A DNA stretch of 64,000 nt, from NCBI GenBank assembly GCA_001767525.1, contig MELF01000046.1, positions 22,811 to 86,810 of the forward strand. Reading direction: 5' to 3'. The position numbers were made by a program, and so were the translations under genes. The notes below the pieces were generated by a model that did not search any database, was not told where the DNA came from, and saw only the letters and a program-made list of their open reading frames with translations. Origin of the DNA: Acidobacteria bacterium RIFCSPLOWO2_12_FULL_68_19. GTDB taxonomy: Bacteria; Acidobacteriota; Vicinamibacteria; Vicinamibacterales; UBA2999. Below, piece after piece: positions 29,569 to 39,072 of this stretch; positions within the stretch are counted from its first letter, which is position 1, and each line of letters starts with the position of its first letter.

Positions 29569-29673
29569 TGCTATACTCGGGTGAACTCTTTAACCGCGGC
29601 CCAGCGAGACCGCAAAGAGGACTCATGGAACGCCATTCGAACAAGAGACGGGCCGCTCCCCTGTGGCGGCCCG
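29569..29673 (+). promoter_or_regulatory. Extended -10 promoter plus PyrR-binding-loop leader
   Basis: TGcTATACT at 29569; CTCTTTAA-CCGCGG-CCCAGCGAGA-CCGC-AAAGAG hairpin resembling the PyrR site (UUUAA; CCNGNGAG loop); downstream hairpin gggccgc..gcggccc. Confidence 0.72.
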
Positions 29674-29732
29674 AAGAGCGCGCCCGGGGGCTCGATGCGA
29701 GCCCCACCTCCCCGGCGCGGACGGCCCGGTAG

Positions 29733-30281
29733 ATGCCGGTCGTCATGGATGCGGACCGGATCGGCCGCACCCTCACCCGCATCGCCCACGAAATCGTCGA
29801 ACGGAACCGCGGCCTCGAAGACCTCGCGCTCATCGGCGTGCGGACGCGCGGCGTCCCGCTCGCGCGGCGGATCGCGACGAGCCTCCGCGAGATCACCGGC
29901 CAGGAGGTGCCGACCGGCGCCCTCGACATCACGCTGTACCGCGACGACCTGATGCGCCAGTCGGTCGGGCCGCAGCCGCTCGTCCGCCGCACGGAGATCC
30001 CGTTCTCGATCGACGACAAGACGATCCTGCTCGTCGACGATGTGCTGTACACCGGGCGGACGACCAGGGCGGCGCTCGATGCGCTGATCGACTTCGGACG
30101 GCCGCGCGGCATCCAGCTCGTCGTGCTCGTCGACCGCGGCCACCGCGAGCTCCCAATCAAGGCCGACTACGTCGGCAAGAATCTGCCCACCTCGCTCGAG
30201 GAAAGCGTCCAGGTCTACCTGCAGGAGAGCGACGGACGCGATGAAGTGGTCCTGCAACAGGCGCCAGGAGGTGCCGTATGA
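29733..30281 (+). CDS. pyrR: Pyrimidine regulatory protein / uracil PRTase
   Basis: [41 protein letters not shown]. Confidence 0.96.
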   Translation: MPVVMDADRIGRTLTRIAHEIVERNRGLEDLALIGVRTRGVPLARRIATSLREITGQEVPTGALDITLYRDDLMRQSVGPQPLVRRTEIPFSIDDKTILLVDDVLYTGRTTRAALDALIDFGRPRGIQLVVLVDRGHRELPIKADYVGKNLPTSLEESVQVYLQESDGRDEVVLQQAPGGAV

Positions 30282-31273
30282 GCGCACCGGCCGGGACCCA
30301 GGACGAGCCGCGGACCGATCGGATCCAGGCCGCGACGGCCCTGCGACGGAAGGATCTGCTGGGGATCGCCGAGCTGACGACCGAGGAGATCGCGCTCGTC
30401 CTCGATACCGCAGAAGCGATGAAGGAGGTGGGCGAGCGCCCGATCAAGAAGGTGCCGGCGCTGCGCGGAAAGACCGTCGTCAATCTCTTCTTCGAGCCGA
30501 GCACGCGCACCCGCACGTCGTTCGAGATTGCGGAGAAGCGGCTGAGCGCCGACACGCTCAACATCGCCGTCGGCACCTCCAGCGTCGTCAAGGGTGAGAC
30601 GCTGGCGGACACGGCGCTGAACCTGGAGGCGATGCGCCCGGACATGATCGTGCTGCGTCACTCCTCGTCCGGTGCGTGCCACCTGCTGTCACGCATCTGC
30701 CGCTCGGCGATTATCAACGCCGGCGACGGCATGCACGAGCACCCGACGCAGGCGCTCCTCGACGCCTTCACCATCCGCGAACACAAGAAGCGGCTGGCGG
30801 GGCTGAAGGTGGCGATCGTCGGCGACCTGCAGCACAGCCGCGTGCTGCGGTCGAACATCCACCTGCTGACGAAGATGGGGAGCGACGTCTGGGTCTGCGG
30901 CCCGCCGACGCTCATCCCGGCCGACATCGGCCGCTTCGGCGTGCGCGCCACCAGCGCGGTCGACGATGCGGTGACCGGCGCCGACGTCATCATGCTGCTG
31001 CGGATTCAGCTCGAGCGGATGGAAGGCGCCTACTTCCCCTCCCTGCGGGAGTACTTCAACGTGTTCGGCATGACCGAGGCGCGGCTCCGCCGGGCGAAAC
31101 CAGACGTGATAATCATGCATCCGGGTCCCATGAACCGCGGCGTCGAGATCGCCTCCGAGGTGGCCGACGGTCCGTATTCGGTGATTCTCGAACAGGTGGC
31201 CAACGGCGTCGCGGTGCGCATGGCGGTCCTGTATCTGCTGGCCGGCGGAACCGAGCATGAAGCGGCTGCTTAA
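30278..31273 (+). CDS. pyrB: Aspartate carbamoyltransferase
   Basis: [30 protein letters not shown]. Confidence 0.96.
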   Translation: MSAPAGTQDEPRTDRIQAATALRRKDLLGIAELTTEEIALVLDTAEAMKEVGERPIKKVPALRGKTVVNLFFEPSTRTRTSFEIAEKRLSADTLNIAVGTSSVVKGETLADTALNLEAMRPDMIVLRHSSSGACHLLSRICRSAIINAGDGMHEHPTQALLDAFTIREHKKRLAGLKVAIVGDLQHSRVLRSNIHLLTKMGSDVWVCGPPTLIPADIGRFGVRATSAVDDAVTGADVIMLLRIQLERMEGAYFPSLREYFNVFGMTEARLRRAKPDVIIMHPGPMNRGVEIASEVADGPYSVILEQVANGVAVRMAVLYLLAGGTEHEAAA

Positions 31274-32573
31274 GGGCGGGCGCGTCGTCGACCCGGCAGG
31301 CGGGATCGACGGCGTGCGCGACGTGCTCGTCGAGGACGACCGCATCGCCGCCGTCGGCCGCGATCTTCCCGTCGCCGGCGCGAGGGTCGTCGAGATCCCC
31401 GCCGGGCTCGTCGTCTGCCCCGGCTTCATCGACATGCACGTCCACCTGCGCGAGCCTGGCCAGGAGCACAAGGAGACCGTCGCCACCGGCACCGCCGCGG
31501 CCGTCGCCGGCGGCTTCACGGCGGTGGCGTGCATGCCGAACACGAGTCCGGTCAACGACAACGCCAACGTCACCGCGTACATCCTGTCCAGGGCGGCCGA
31601 GGCCAGCCTGGCCCGTGTCTATCCGATCGGCGCGGTGTCGCGCGGGTCGAAGGGGGAGCTGCTCGCCGACATCGCGGAGCTCAGGCAGGCCGGATGCGTC
31701 GCCATTACCGACGACGGCCGTCCCGTCGCGACGGCGCTGCTGCTGCGGCGCGCGCTCGAGTACGCCGGCATGTTCGGCATACCCGTGATCGACCATTGCG
31801 AGGACCCGTCGCTCGAGGGCGACGCGGTGGCGCACGAGGGCTACCAGGCGGCGGCGCTCGGGCTGCGCGGCATGCCGGGCGCGGGCGAGGCGCTCGGGGT
31901 GGAGCGCGGCATCCTGCTGTCGGAGCTCACCGGCTCCGACTTCCACGTGGCCCACATGAGCGCGCGCGCCTCGCTCCGTTCGGTGCGCAGGGGCAAGGAG
32001 GCGGGGGTGCACGTGACGTGCGAGGTGGCGCCGCATCATTTCACACTCACCGACGAGGCGCTGGCGTCGCCCGTTCCCTACGACACCAACACGAAGATGA
32101 ACCCGCCGCTCAGAGAGGCGGCCGACCGCGACGCCATGCTGTCCGGCATAGCCGACGGCAGCATCGACGCCATTGCCACCGATCACGCACCGCATCATTA
32201 CGACGAGAAGAACGTGGAATTCGACCGGGCGCCGTTCGGCATCGTGGGGCTCGAAACGGCGGTGCCGCTGTCGCTCGATCGCCTGGTGCACGCCGGACTC
32301 ATCGGGCTGCCGCGCCTCGTCGAACTGCTCTCGGTCAATCCCGCGCGGATCCTGCGCGTGCCCGGCGGCACGCTCGCGCCGGGCGCGCCGGCCGATATCA
32401 CCATCCTGGCGCCGGACCGGACGGTGCGGATCGAGGCGGCCGCGCTGCGGTCGCGGTCGAAGAACACGCCGTTCGATGGTTGGGAACTGCGCGGCGGCGT
32501 GGCGGCGACGATCGTCGGCGGCCGGATCCTGTACGTGAACGCGGCCGTGGAGGCGTTGAAGGACATGCGATGA
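31257..32573 (+). CDS. pyrC: Dihydroorotase (type I)
   Basis: [37 protein letters not shown]. Confidence 0.95.
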   Translation: MKRLLKGGRVVDPAGGIDGVRDVLVEDDRIAAVGRDLPVAGARVVEIPAGLVVCPGFIDMHVHLREPGQEHKETVATGTAAAVAGGFTAVACMPNTSPVNDNANVTAYILSRAAEASLARVYPIGAVSRGSKGELLADIAELRQAGCVAITDDGRPVATALLLRRALEYAGMFGIPVIDHCEDPSLEGDAVAHEGYQAAALGLRGMPGAGEALGVERGILLSELTGSDFHVAHMSARASLRSVRRGKEAGVHVTCEVAPHHFTLTDEALASPVPYDTNTKMNPPLREAADRDAMLSGIADGSIDAIATDHAPHHYDEKNVEFDRAPFGIVGLETAVPLSLDRLVHAGLIGLPRLVELLSVNPARILRVPGGTLAPGAPADITILAPDRTVRIEAAALRSRSKNTPFDGWELRGGVAATIVGGRILYVNAAVEALKDMR

Positions 32574-32649
32574 AACTCCCAACTCCCAAGGTCCCAACTC
32601 ACGAATCGGTGGGGTTGGGAGTTGTGGGGTGTGGGCGTTGGGAATTGTG
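32574..32649. repeat. Heptamer palindrome spacer
   Basis: aactcccaactcccaaggtcccaactc / ggggttgggagttgtggggtgtgggcgttgggaatt. Confidence 0.8.
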
Positions 32650-33270
32650 ATGAGCCGACGAGCCGAGATTCGCGAGAAAGCGTTGAGGGACCTGCAGCAA
32701 TACGAAGTGCTGATGCTGAACGGACACTTCGACTTCGGCAACGGCTTCCATGGCCCCGTGTACCTCAACCCCCACCAGCTCTTCCGGTACCCGTCGACGA
32801 TCTGGCGTTTTGCCCAGGACCTGCTCGATCTGCTGCCCCCCACCATCGTCGAGGCGACGGAGGTCGTCACCGGGCCCGTGACGGGCGGCGCGCTCCTCGC
32901 GCACACGATCGCCGGGCTCCTCGACAGCAGGCGCGACATCTCTCGCCCACCGACGCTCTTCGCCCCCTTCACGCTCGACAAGGAGCGCGGGCACACGCTG
33001 ACGCGCTTCTATCAGCAGCTCGTCTCCGGCCGACGGGCGCTCGTCGTCGACGATGTGCGGAACACCGGCCAGACGCAGGCGCGGTGCGTCGATCTCGTGC
33101 AACGGGCCGGCGGCACCGTGCTGGCCACGGCCGAGATCTACGACCGCATGGAGGCCATCGTCAGCGCAGGTGTGCCGAATGTCGCGCTGGCCGAGTACCG
33201 GGCGCCCGACAACGTGCCTGCCGGGGAGTGCCCGCTCTGCAGGGCGGGTGTGCCGGTCACCGCCTTCTAG
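32650..33270 (+). CDS. Type I phosphoribosyltransferase, divergent PyrE-like
   Basis: GHF, PRPP loop LVVDDVRNTGQT, C-terminal CPLC. Confidence 0.8.
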   Translation: MSRRAEIREKALRDLQQYEVLMLNGHFDFGNGFHGPVYLNPHQLFRYPSTIWRFAQDLLDLLPPTIVEATEVVTGPVTGGALLAHTIAGLLDSRRDISRPPTLFAPFTLDKERGHTLTRFYQQLVSGRRALVVDDVRNTGQTQARCVDLVQRAGGTVLATAEIYDRMEAIVSAGVPNVALAEYRAPDNVPAGECPLCRAGVPVTAF

Positions 33271-33277
33271 CCCGCCC

Positions 33278-33677
33278 TATTCATGAATCAGTCGTTCACG
33301 CTTCTCGGTTCTCGCTTCTCGGTTCGTGTTCAGGGTTCGTGTTCGGGGTTCGCGGTTCACTGGTCGGCGGTCTCGCCCACAGTATTCATGAACGAAGCGG
33401 TCGAGGGGACACGCTCGCGGAGAGACGCGTTCGGAGCAGGCCGTTCCGATCACGAAAAACGCCGCGCAGGCCAGCGACACGGCGTGGGGATGGGGGCCCC
33501 CACGCCATGGCCGCCGACGAGAAGCCGGAGCGGCGTTTTTCCGGCCTGCGGAGCCGCGTTTCGGAGCGACCGTGTCTCCTCGACCCGGCTCGACGGGGAC
33601 CGAGGAACGGCAGCACCAAACCGGAACACGAACGGAGAAGGGAGCACCCAGCAGTGTGAACGACGGGTTCGTGAATA
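33278..33677. mobile_element. About 400-nt MITE-like nested palindromic element
   Basis: Terminal inverted repeats match 19/22 (tattcatgaatcagtcgttcac / gtgaacgacgggttcgtgaata); inner hairpin 33399-33585; outer part shared with 52279-52427. Confidence 0.7.
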
Positions 33678-33709
33678 ATCCAGACTAGGGGGCAAGGGGG
33701 TACGGGCAC

Positions 33710-34195
33710 GTGAACGCTGACGTTCGGATCGAGGCCGTGCGCGACAAGGATGTCGCGCTCCTGCTGCGTCTCGTCAACGCGCTGGCCGACTACGAGCGGT
33801 TGTCGGGAGAAGTGTTCGCCACCGAGGCGATGCTGCGCGACGCGCTCTTCGGTCCGAGGCCGAGCGCCGAAGCGGTGCTGGCGTGGGTCGGCCCGGACGC
33901 CGTCGGATTCGCCGTCTGGTTCTACAACTATTCCACCTTCGTCGGCCGTCCCGGGCTGTATCTCGAGGACATCTTCGTGCTGCCGGAGTGGCGCGGCCGC
34001 GGCGTCGGCCGGGCGCTCCTGCGCCATCTGGCCCGCATTGCGGTGGCCCGCGGCTGCGGGCGCATGGAGTGGGCGGTGCTCGACTGGAACGAACCGGCCA
34101 TCCGCTTCTACCGCAGCCTCGGCGCGCAGGCGATGGACGGGTGGACGGTGTACCGGCTGACCGGTGACGCGTTGAAGCGGCTTGGCGGTGATTGA
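33710..34195 (+). CDS. GNAT acetyltransferase (diamine acetyltransferase-like)
   Basis: LADYE, YSTF.G.PGLYLEDIFV, RGRGVG, EWAVLDWNEPAIRFY. Confidence 0.88.
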   Translation: MNADVRIEAVRDKDVALLLRLVNALADYERLSGEVFATEAMLRDALFGPRPSAEAVLAWVGPDAVGFAVWFYNYSTFVGRPGLYLEDIFVLPEWRGRGVGRALLRHLARIAVARGCGRMEWAVLDWNEPAIRFYRSLGAQAMDGWTVYRLTGDALKRLGGD

Positions 34196-35099
34196 GGCCC
34201 CGCGGGTGCCAGGGGTGCTGGGGGCGCGTCTCGAGCATCTCTATCGCACGTTCGACCACCTCGACTCCGCCAGCGATCCAGTCCATGTCGTCCGGCGCTA
34301 CCGCACGCCGGCCGATCGGGAGATCGCCGGCTTTTGCGCGGCAGGCCTCGCCTTCGGCCGGGTCGCCGGCGTGCTCGCCTCGATCGAGGCGCTGCTCACC
34401 GTCATGGGACCCTCGCCGGCGGCGTTCGTCCGCGGCTTCGACCCGGGGACCGACGGCCGCCGCCTGGCGGCGCTCGGCCACCGCTGGATCCGCGGGAAGG
34501 ATCTTGCCGCGCTCGTGCTGATCCTGCAGCGGATGCTGCGCGAGGCCGGATCGGTCGAGCGGTTTTTCGTGGCGGGCGACGACCCGTCCACGCCTGACGT
34601 CGGTCCGGCGCTCGACAGCTTCTCGGCGCGGGCGCTCGAGACGGACCTGCGGCCCGCGTATGGCGGGCGCAGGGCGGGTCCTTCCGGACCCGCCGGCCGA
34701 GGGCGGGCCGGCGTCCGCTTCTTCTTCCCGCGTCCGTCTGCCGGAAGCGCCTGCAAGCGGCTCAACCTGTTCCTGCGCTGGATGGTGCGGAAGGATGCGA
34801 TCGATCTCGGCGTCTGGTCCGGCGTGTCGCCCGCCCGGCTCATCGTGCCGCTCGACACGCACGTCATCCGGCTCGGGCGGTGCCTGCGGCTGACGCGCTA
34901 CGCCACCCCCGGCTGGAAGATGGCGGCGGAGATCACGGCCGCCCTGCGTGCGATCGATCCGGGCGATCCCGTGCGGTACGACTTCTCGCTCTGCCACGTC
35001 GGGATGATGAACGCGTGCGGCTACGGCCGGCCGCAACGTGATGCCCGCTGTCCGCTGCGCGGGTTGTGCCGGCCGGGCGCGGGGCGGCTCCTCAGGTAG
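34182..35099 (+). CDS. TIGR02757/DUF2400 family protein (HhH-like, C-terminal Cys cluster)
   Basis: LAFGRV, SACKRLNLFLRWMVR, VPLDTHV, DPVRYDFSLCH..C..CPL..C. Confidence 0.82.
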   Translation: MAVIEAPRVPGVLGARLEHLYRTFDHLDSASDPVHVVRRYRTPADREIAGFCAAGLAFGRVAGVLASIEALLTVMGPSPAAFVRGFDPGTDGRRLAALGHRWIRGKDLAALVLILQRMLREAGSVERFFVAGDDPSTPDVGPALDSFSARALETDLRPAYGGRRAGPSGPAGRGRAGVRFFFPRPSAGSACKRLNLFLRWMVRKDAIDLGVWSGVSPARLIVPLDTHVIRLGRCLRLTRYATPGWKMAAEITAALRAIDPGDPVRYDFSLCHVGMMNACGYGRPQRDARCPLRGLCRPGAGRLLR

Positions 35100-35236
35100 G
35101 CCAGGAGGCGTCATGACGAAGGTTCAGACCAGGGAACTGGCCTGGCGCACGCAGCTGAGCCGAGGGTGTCAAGCGCCTCTCCTTCATCCCGCCGGCATTG
35201 CACCGGCGAGCGTCAGAGAGAGTGCACCGGCAGCCG

Positions 35237-36007
35237 TCAGGGGGCTTGCACCCGGTTCGACCTTCCCCGCTGCAGTTCCCACAGTTTGGCGAACTTCAGG
35301 AAGACCGAGTAGGCGTTCATCAGCGAGATCGTGAGGCCCGCCGTGCCGTCGAGGATGCCGCGGCGCAGCACGTAGTTGCGGAGAAACGCCGCCGGCGGGT
35401 ACACCACCAGATCGAGCGCCCCCGCGCGGCGGCCCGCCTCGTGCATCTGTCGCGCCGCCAGCGTCGTGTAGTGATTGATGCGATCGAGCTGGTCGCGCAG
35501 GTCCCGGAAGGAATAGTGTTCCAGCTCGTGGCGCAGCCGGCCGACCGGACCGTCGACGACGACCGATTCATGCACGTGCGTCCCGCGCCAGTGGGCCGTG
35601 CGGCGGTCGTACAGCCGGGTCTGGAAGTCGGGATAGAAGTCGGTCGTCCGGACCCACCTGCCGAGGTGGTAGGTGACGCGCGGCACCCGGTACCCGCGCA
35701 TCGGCGGGTCGGTGGCGACGAGTGCACGGACCTCGCTGGCCAGCCCCGGTGTAATCCGCTCGTCGGCGTCGAGCGAGAAGATCCAGTCGTTGGCGGCCCG
35801 CTCGGCGGCGTAGTTCTTCTGATCGACGTAGCCCGACCACTCGCGGCACAGGACGGCCGCGCCTCTCGCGCGTGCGAGGTCGACCGTCCCGTCGGTGCTT
35901 CCGCAATCGACGACCATGATCTCGTCGGCCCAGGCGGCGCTCTCGATCGCGGCGCCGATGTGCTCGGCCTCGTTGAGCGTGATGATCGTGACCGAGATCT
36001 TCGGCAC
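35237..36007 (-). CDS. Glycosyltransferase family 2 (WaaE/KdtX-like)
   Basis: IITLNE, VVDCGSTD, QKNYA, LDADE, YPD.Q.RL, VHE. Confidence 0.88.
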   Translation of the reverse strand: MPKISVTIITLNEAEHIGAAIESAAWADEIMVVDCGSTDGTVDLARARGAAVLCREWSGYVDQKNYAAERAANDWIFSLDADERITPGLASEVRALVATDPPMRGYRVPRVTYHLGRWVRTTDFYPDFQTRLYDRRTAHWRGTHVHESVVVDGPVGRLRHELEHYSFRDLRDQLDRINHYTTLAARQMHEAGRRAGALDLVVYPPAAFLRNYVLRRGILDGTAGLTISLMNAYSVFLKFAKLWELQRGRSNRVQAP

Positions 36008-36016
36008 GAAGGAATC

Positions 36017-37555
36017 TTACCTGAGCGGTGCCTGCTGCACCGTCTCGAAGTCGACGACCGAGCGATGGTAGTCGAGCGTGGCACGTAGCTCCGTGTTGCG
36101 CGCCTGCGCCAGGTCGCGCTGCGCCTGGAAGACGACGAAGCTGGTGGACGTGCCGGCGGCGAACTTTCGTTCTTCCGCTTCGAGCCGGCGCTCGGCCAAC
36201 TGCCGCGACACGCGCGTCGTCTCGATCCGACGCTGGTTGGTGACCACCTGCCGCGCCGCCTCGCGCACCTCGGTCGTCACCCGCAGCTGCTGATTCCGCA
36301 GCTCGGTCTGCAATCGTATGTACTGCAGCCGCGCCCGGGCGAGTCCCGACTCCTGCGGTGTCGGCCCGAGGGGATAGCTGACGGTCAGCGACGCCGTCCA
36401 GCTCGGAAAATCATTGCCGAAGAGATCCCCGAGCACGTCGGCGAAGCCGCGGTTCGTGCGGCCGATGATGGGTCCGGGAAAGCCGGCGCCGCGGAGGAAC
36501 TCGGTCCCTCCAAGCCCGGTCAGCCCGTAATCGACGCTCGCGGTCACGTCCGGTAGCGTCTGATTCCGGACGTAACGCAGATTGACGTCAGCGGTCTCGA
36601 GGCTCTTCTGCGTCCGCCCGAGATCGGTGCGGCTGGTGAGCGCCGTCCGAACGGCGGCGTCCAGATCGATCGGCGTGGTCGCGAACGCCGGCGGCGACGC
36701 CGGCTCGATCCGGAGCGCCCAGAAGTCGGCGGCTGCGGGGTCGTAGACGAGCGCGCGCAGCGCGTCTTCGGAGGTGGCAATCTGGGCGTCCGCCACGATG
36801 ACGGCCTCTTCGCGCTGCGCCACTTCCGCCTCTGCCTCGACGATGTCGATGGGTGCGGTGGCGCCGACTTCGACGCGGGCGCGCGTCTCCCGGAGCCAGC
36901 TGCGCGCCAGGTCGAGCGACTGCCGCTGCACCTGCAGGCTGGCGATCGCGAAGGCAAGGTCCCAGTACGCGTGCCGGACCGCCCGCGCGGTCACCGCCAT
37001 CGACTGCCGCAGCGCCACGTCGGCGACCTCGCGGCTCTTCCGGCTGAGCTCGAGCTGCTGGCGGGCGGTGTCGATGCTGAAGCCGCGCAGGAGCGGCTGC
37101 CGGTAGCCGAGCGAGAGCGACGACCGGAGCTGCGGCGAGAAGTTCGTGAAGATGTTGGTGGTCGTCGCCCGCGAGCTGTCCCAGCCGACGCTGTAGGCGC
37201 CCCCCCACGGGAGCGTCTGCGCGACGCCGGCGTTGGTGTTGATGCGCTCGTCGGTCGTCTTGGGCCCCAGCGCGCCCGACAGGAAACTGGCGTTCGGCGT
37301 GTCGACGCGCGAGCCCTGGAGCGCGCTCGTGAACGTCGGAAACCACGCCGCCCGCGCCTGCGCCACCCCGAGATCCTCGATCTGGGGATCGATGCGCGCC
37401 ACCTGCACGCCGAGGTTGTGTTCGAGCGCGAGTCGTACCGCCTCGTCCACCGTCAGGCGCCGGATGTCGGCTTGCGCGCCGGCGCGCGACGGCGCCGCGA
37501 GGACGAGGCAGGAGACGGCGAGCATGAACGTCGATCGAAGCGGGGTGCTGCGCAT
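36017..37555 (-). CDS. TolC-family outer membrane protein
   Basis: Signal peptide; EAVRLALEHN, QPLLRGF, AYWDL, KFAAGTST..V..AQ two-repeat OEP pattern. Confidence 0.85.
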   Translation of the reverse strand: MRSTPLRSTFMLAVSCLVLAAPSRAGAQADIRRLTVDEAVRLALEHNLGVQVARIDPQIEDLGVAQARAAWFPTFTSALQGSRVDTPNASFLSGALGPKTTDERINTNAGVAQTLPWGGAYSVGWDSSRATTTNIFTNFSPQLRSSLSLGYRQPLLRGFSIDTARQQLELSRKSREVADVALRQSMAVTARAVRHAYWDLAFAIASLQVQRQSLDLARSWLRETRARVEVGATAPIDIVEAEAEVAQREEAVIVADAQIATSEDALRALVYDPAAADFWALRIEPASPPAFATTPIDLDAAVRTALTSRTDLGRTQKSLETADVNLRYVRNQTLPDVTASVDYGLTGLGGTEFLRGAGFPGPIIGRTNRGFADVLGDLFGNDFPSWTASLTVSYPLGPTPQESGLARARLQYIRLQTELRNQQLRVTTEVREAARQVVTNQRRIETTRVSRQLAERRLEAEERKFAAGTSTSFVVFQAQRDLAQARNTELRATLDYHRSVVDFETVQQAPLR

Positions 37556-37592
37556 GGTTGGTCACTCCACGTGAGAGACTATGATGACGCGA

Positions 37593-38162
37593 ATGGATGC
37601 CGCCGACGTCCTCAATCGCTTCCGCCGCGCGGGCGCGCTCCTCGAAGGGCACTTCCGCCTGACCTCGGGCCTGCACAGTTCCCTCTACCTGCAGTGTGCG
37701 CTCGTGCTGCAGCATCCGCGCGAGGCGGAGGCGCTCGGCGCCGCGCTGGCCGAGCTCGTTCGCGCCGCCGCGCCGCAGGCCGTACTCTCACCGGCGCTCG
37801 GCGGCATCGTCATCGGCCAGGAGGTCGGACGCGCCCTCGGCATCCGCGCGATCTTTGCCGAACGACAGGACGGGACGCTGACGCTGCGCCGCGGCTTCAC
37901 GTTCACACCCGGGGAGCGGGTCGCGGTCGTCGAGGACGTGGTGACGACCGGGGGGTCGACGCGCGAGACGATCGAGGTGGCGCACGCGGCGGGAGCGCAG
38001 GTGGTGTCGGCAGCCGCGATCATCGATCGCAGCGGCGGCGAGGGCCGGCTCGACGTGCCGTTTCATTGTCTGGCCTCCATCGCGCTGCCGACCTACGCGC
38101 CCGAGTCGTGCCCACTGTGCCTGGCGGGTCGGCCCGTGGTGAAGCCGGGATCGCGGACGTAA
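37593..38162 (+). CDS. pyrE: Orotate phosphoribosyltransferase
   Basis: LLEGHFRLTSGLHS..Y, FAER, LRRGF, VVEDVVTTGGST, CPLC, KPGSR; ATG 37593 is 7 nt after TATGAT. Confidence 0.92.
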   Translation: MDAADVLNRFRRAGALLEGHFRLTSGLHSSLYLQCALVLQHPREAEALGAALAELVRAAAPQAVLSPALGGIVIGQEVGRALGIRAIFAERQDGTLTLRRGFTFTPGERVAVVEDVVTTGGSTRETIEVAHAAGAQVVSAAAIIDRSGGEGRLDVPFHCLASIALPTYAPESCPLCLAGRPVVKPGSRT

Positions 38163-38247
38163 CTCCCAACTCCCAAAACGCCAACGCCCAACCGGAAGTG
38201 CTCCATCCATGGCGTATTGGGAGTTGGGAGTTGGGAGTTGGGAGTTG
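38161..38247. repeat. Heptamer palindrome spacer
   Basis: aactcccaactcccaaaacgccaacgcc / (gggagtt)x4; begins in the pyrE stop and ends in the truA TTG. Confidence 0.85.
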
Positions 38248-39063
38248 AAGCGGACCTTGAAGCTGACGCTCAGCTACGACGGCACACGATTCGTTGGCTG
38301 GCAGCGACAGGCCAGGGGCTCCCACGGCGCACGCCTGCGTCGTGGGGTGGAGGTGACCGGCGAGTCGATCCAGGGGCTGCTCGAAGACGCCTTGGCGCGG
38401 TTCGAGGGGGCGCCGGTCACGGTGCACGGCGCGGGACGCACCGACGCCGGCGTACACGCTCTCGGCCAGGTCGCCAGCGTCGAGGTCGCGTGCGGCCACG
38501 CCGTCGATGCCATGCTGCGCGGCTTGAACGCGAGCTTGCCGCCGGAGGTGCGGGTCACCGCCGTCGAGGAGGCCGCGCCCGGCTTTCACGCGCGCTTCGG
38601 CGCACGGTCGAAGACCTACCGCTATCTGCTGCGGAACGCGCGCGTGGTCAGTCCGTTCGAGCGTGCGTACGTCTGGCACGTGCCGGAGCCGCTCGATCTC
38701 GAGGCGATGCAGGAGGCCGCCGCCGCGCTCGTCGGCACGCACGACTTCGCCGCGTTCGGGAGCGCCGGCGGGGAGACGAAGGACACCATACGCACGATCA
38801 CCCGGTCGGAGATCTTCCCGCGCGACGCCGTCCTCCAACCATCAACCACCATCCAGCATCCGGGCCTGCTCGTTTACGAGGTCAGCGGGACCGGCTTTCT
38901 GCGCCACATGGTGCGCGCGATTGTCGGCACGCTCGTCGAGATCGGTCGGGGATGGCGTCCGGCGGCGTCGGTTCCGGCGCTGCTCGCCGGAGGCAGCCGT
39001 GCGGATGCGGGAGCCACGGCCCCGCCGTGCGGCCTGTTTCTGGTCCGCGTGGACTATGATTAA
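38245..39063 (+). CDS. truA: tRNA pseudouridine(38-40) synthase with 14-aa palindrome-derived insertion
   Basis: YDGT.F.GWQRQ, AGRTDAGVHA, FHARF, HDFAAF, FLRHMVR, TAPP.GL. Confidence 0.93.
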   Translation: MKRTLKLTLSYDGTRFVGWQRQARGSHGARLRRGVEVTGESIQGLLEDALARFEGAPVTVHGAGRTDAGVHALGQVASVEVACGHAVDAMLRGLNASLPPEVRVTAVEEAAPGFHARFGARSKTYRYLLRNARVVSPFERAYVWHVPEPLDLEAMQEAAAALVGTHDFAAFGSAGGETKDTIRTITRSEIFPRDAVLQPSTTIQHPGLLVYEVSGTGFLRHMVRAIVGTLVEIGRGWRPAASVPALLAGGSRADAGATAPPCGLFLVRVDYD

Positions 39064-39072
39064 CGGTTAGCC

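Noticed and set aside
33283-33695. ORFs of 131, 81 and 67 aa in the palindromic element
   Set aside because: Translations of repeat arms with no protein motifs.
35100-35236. Intergenic gap with repeated TGCACC as an ncRNA
   Set aside because: Only short scattered repeats; no convincing fold or family resemblance.
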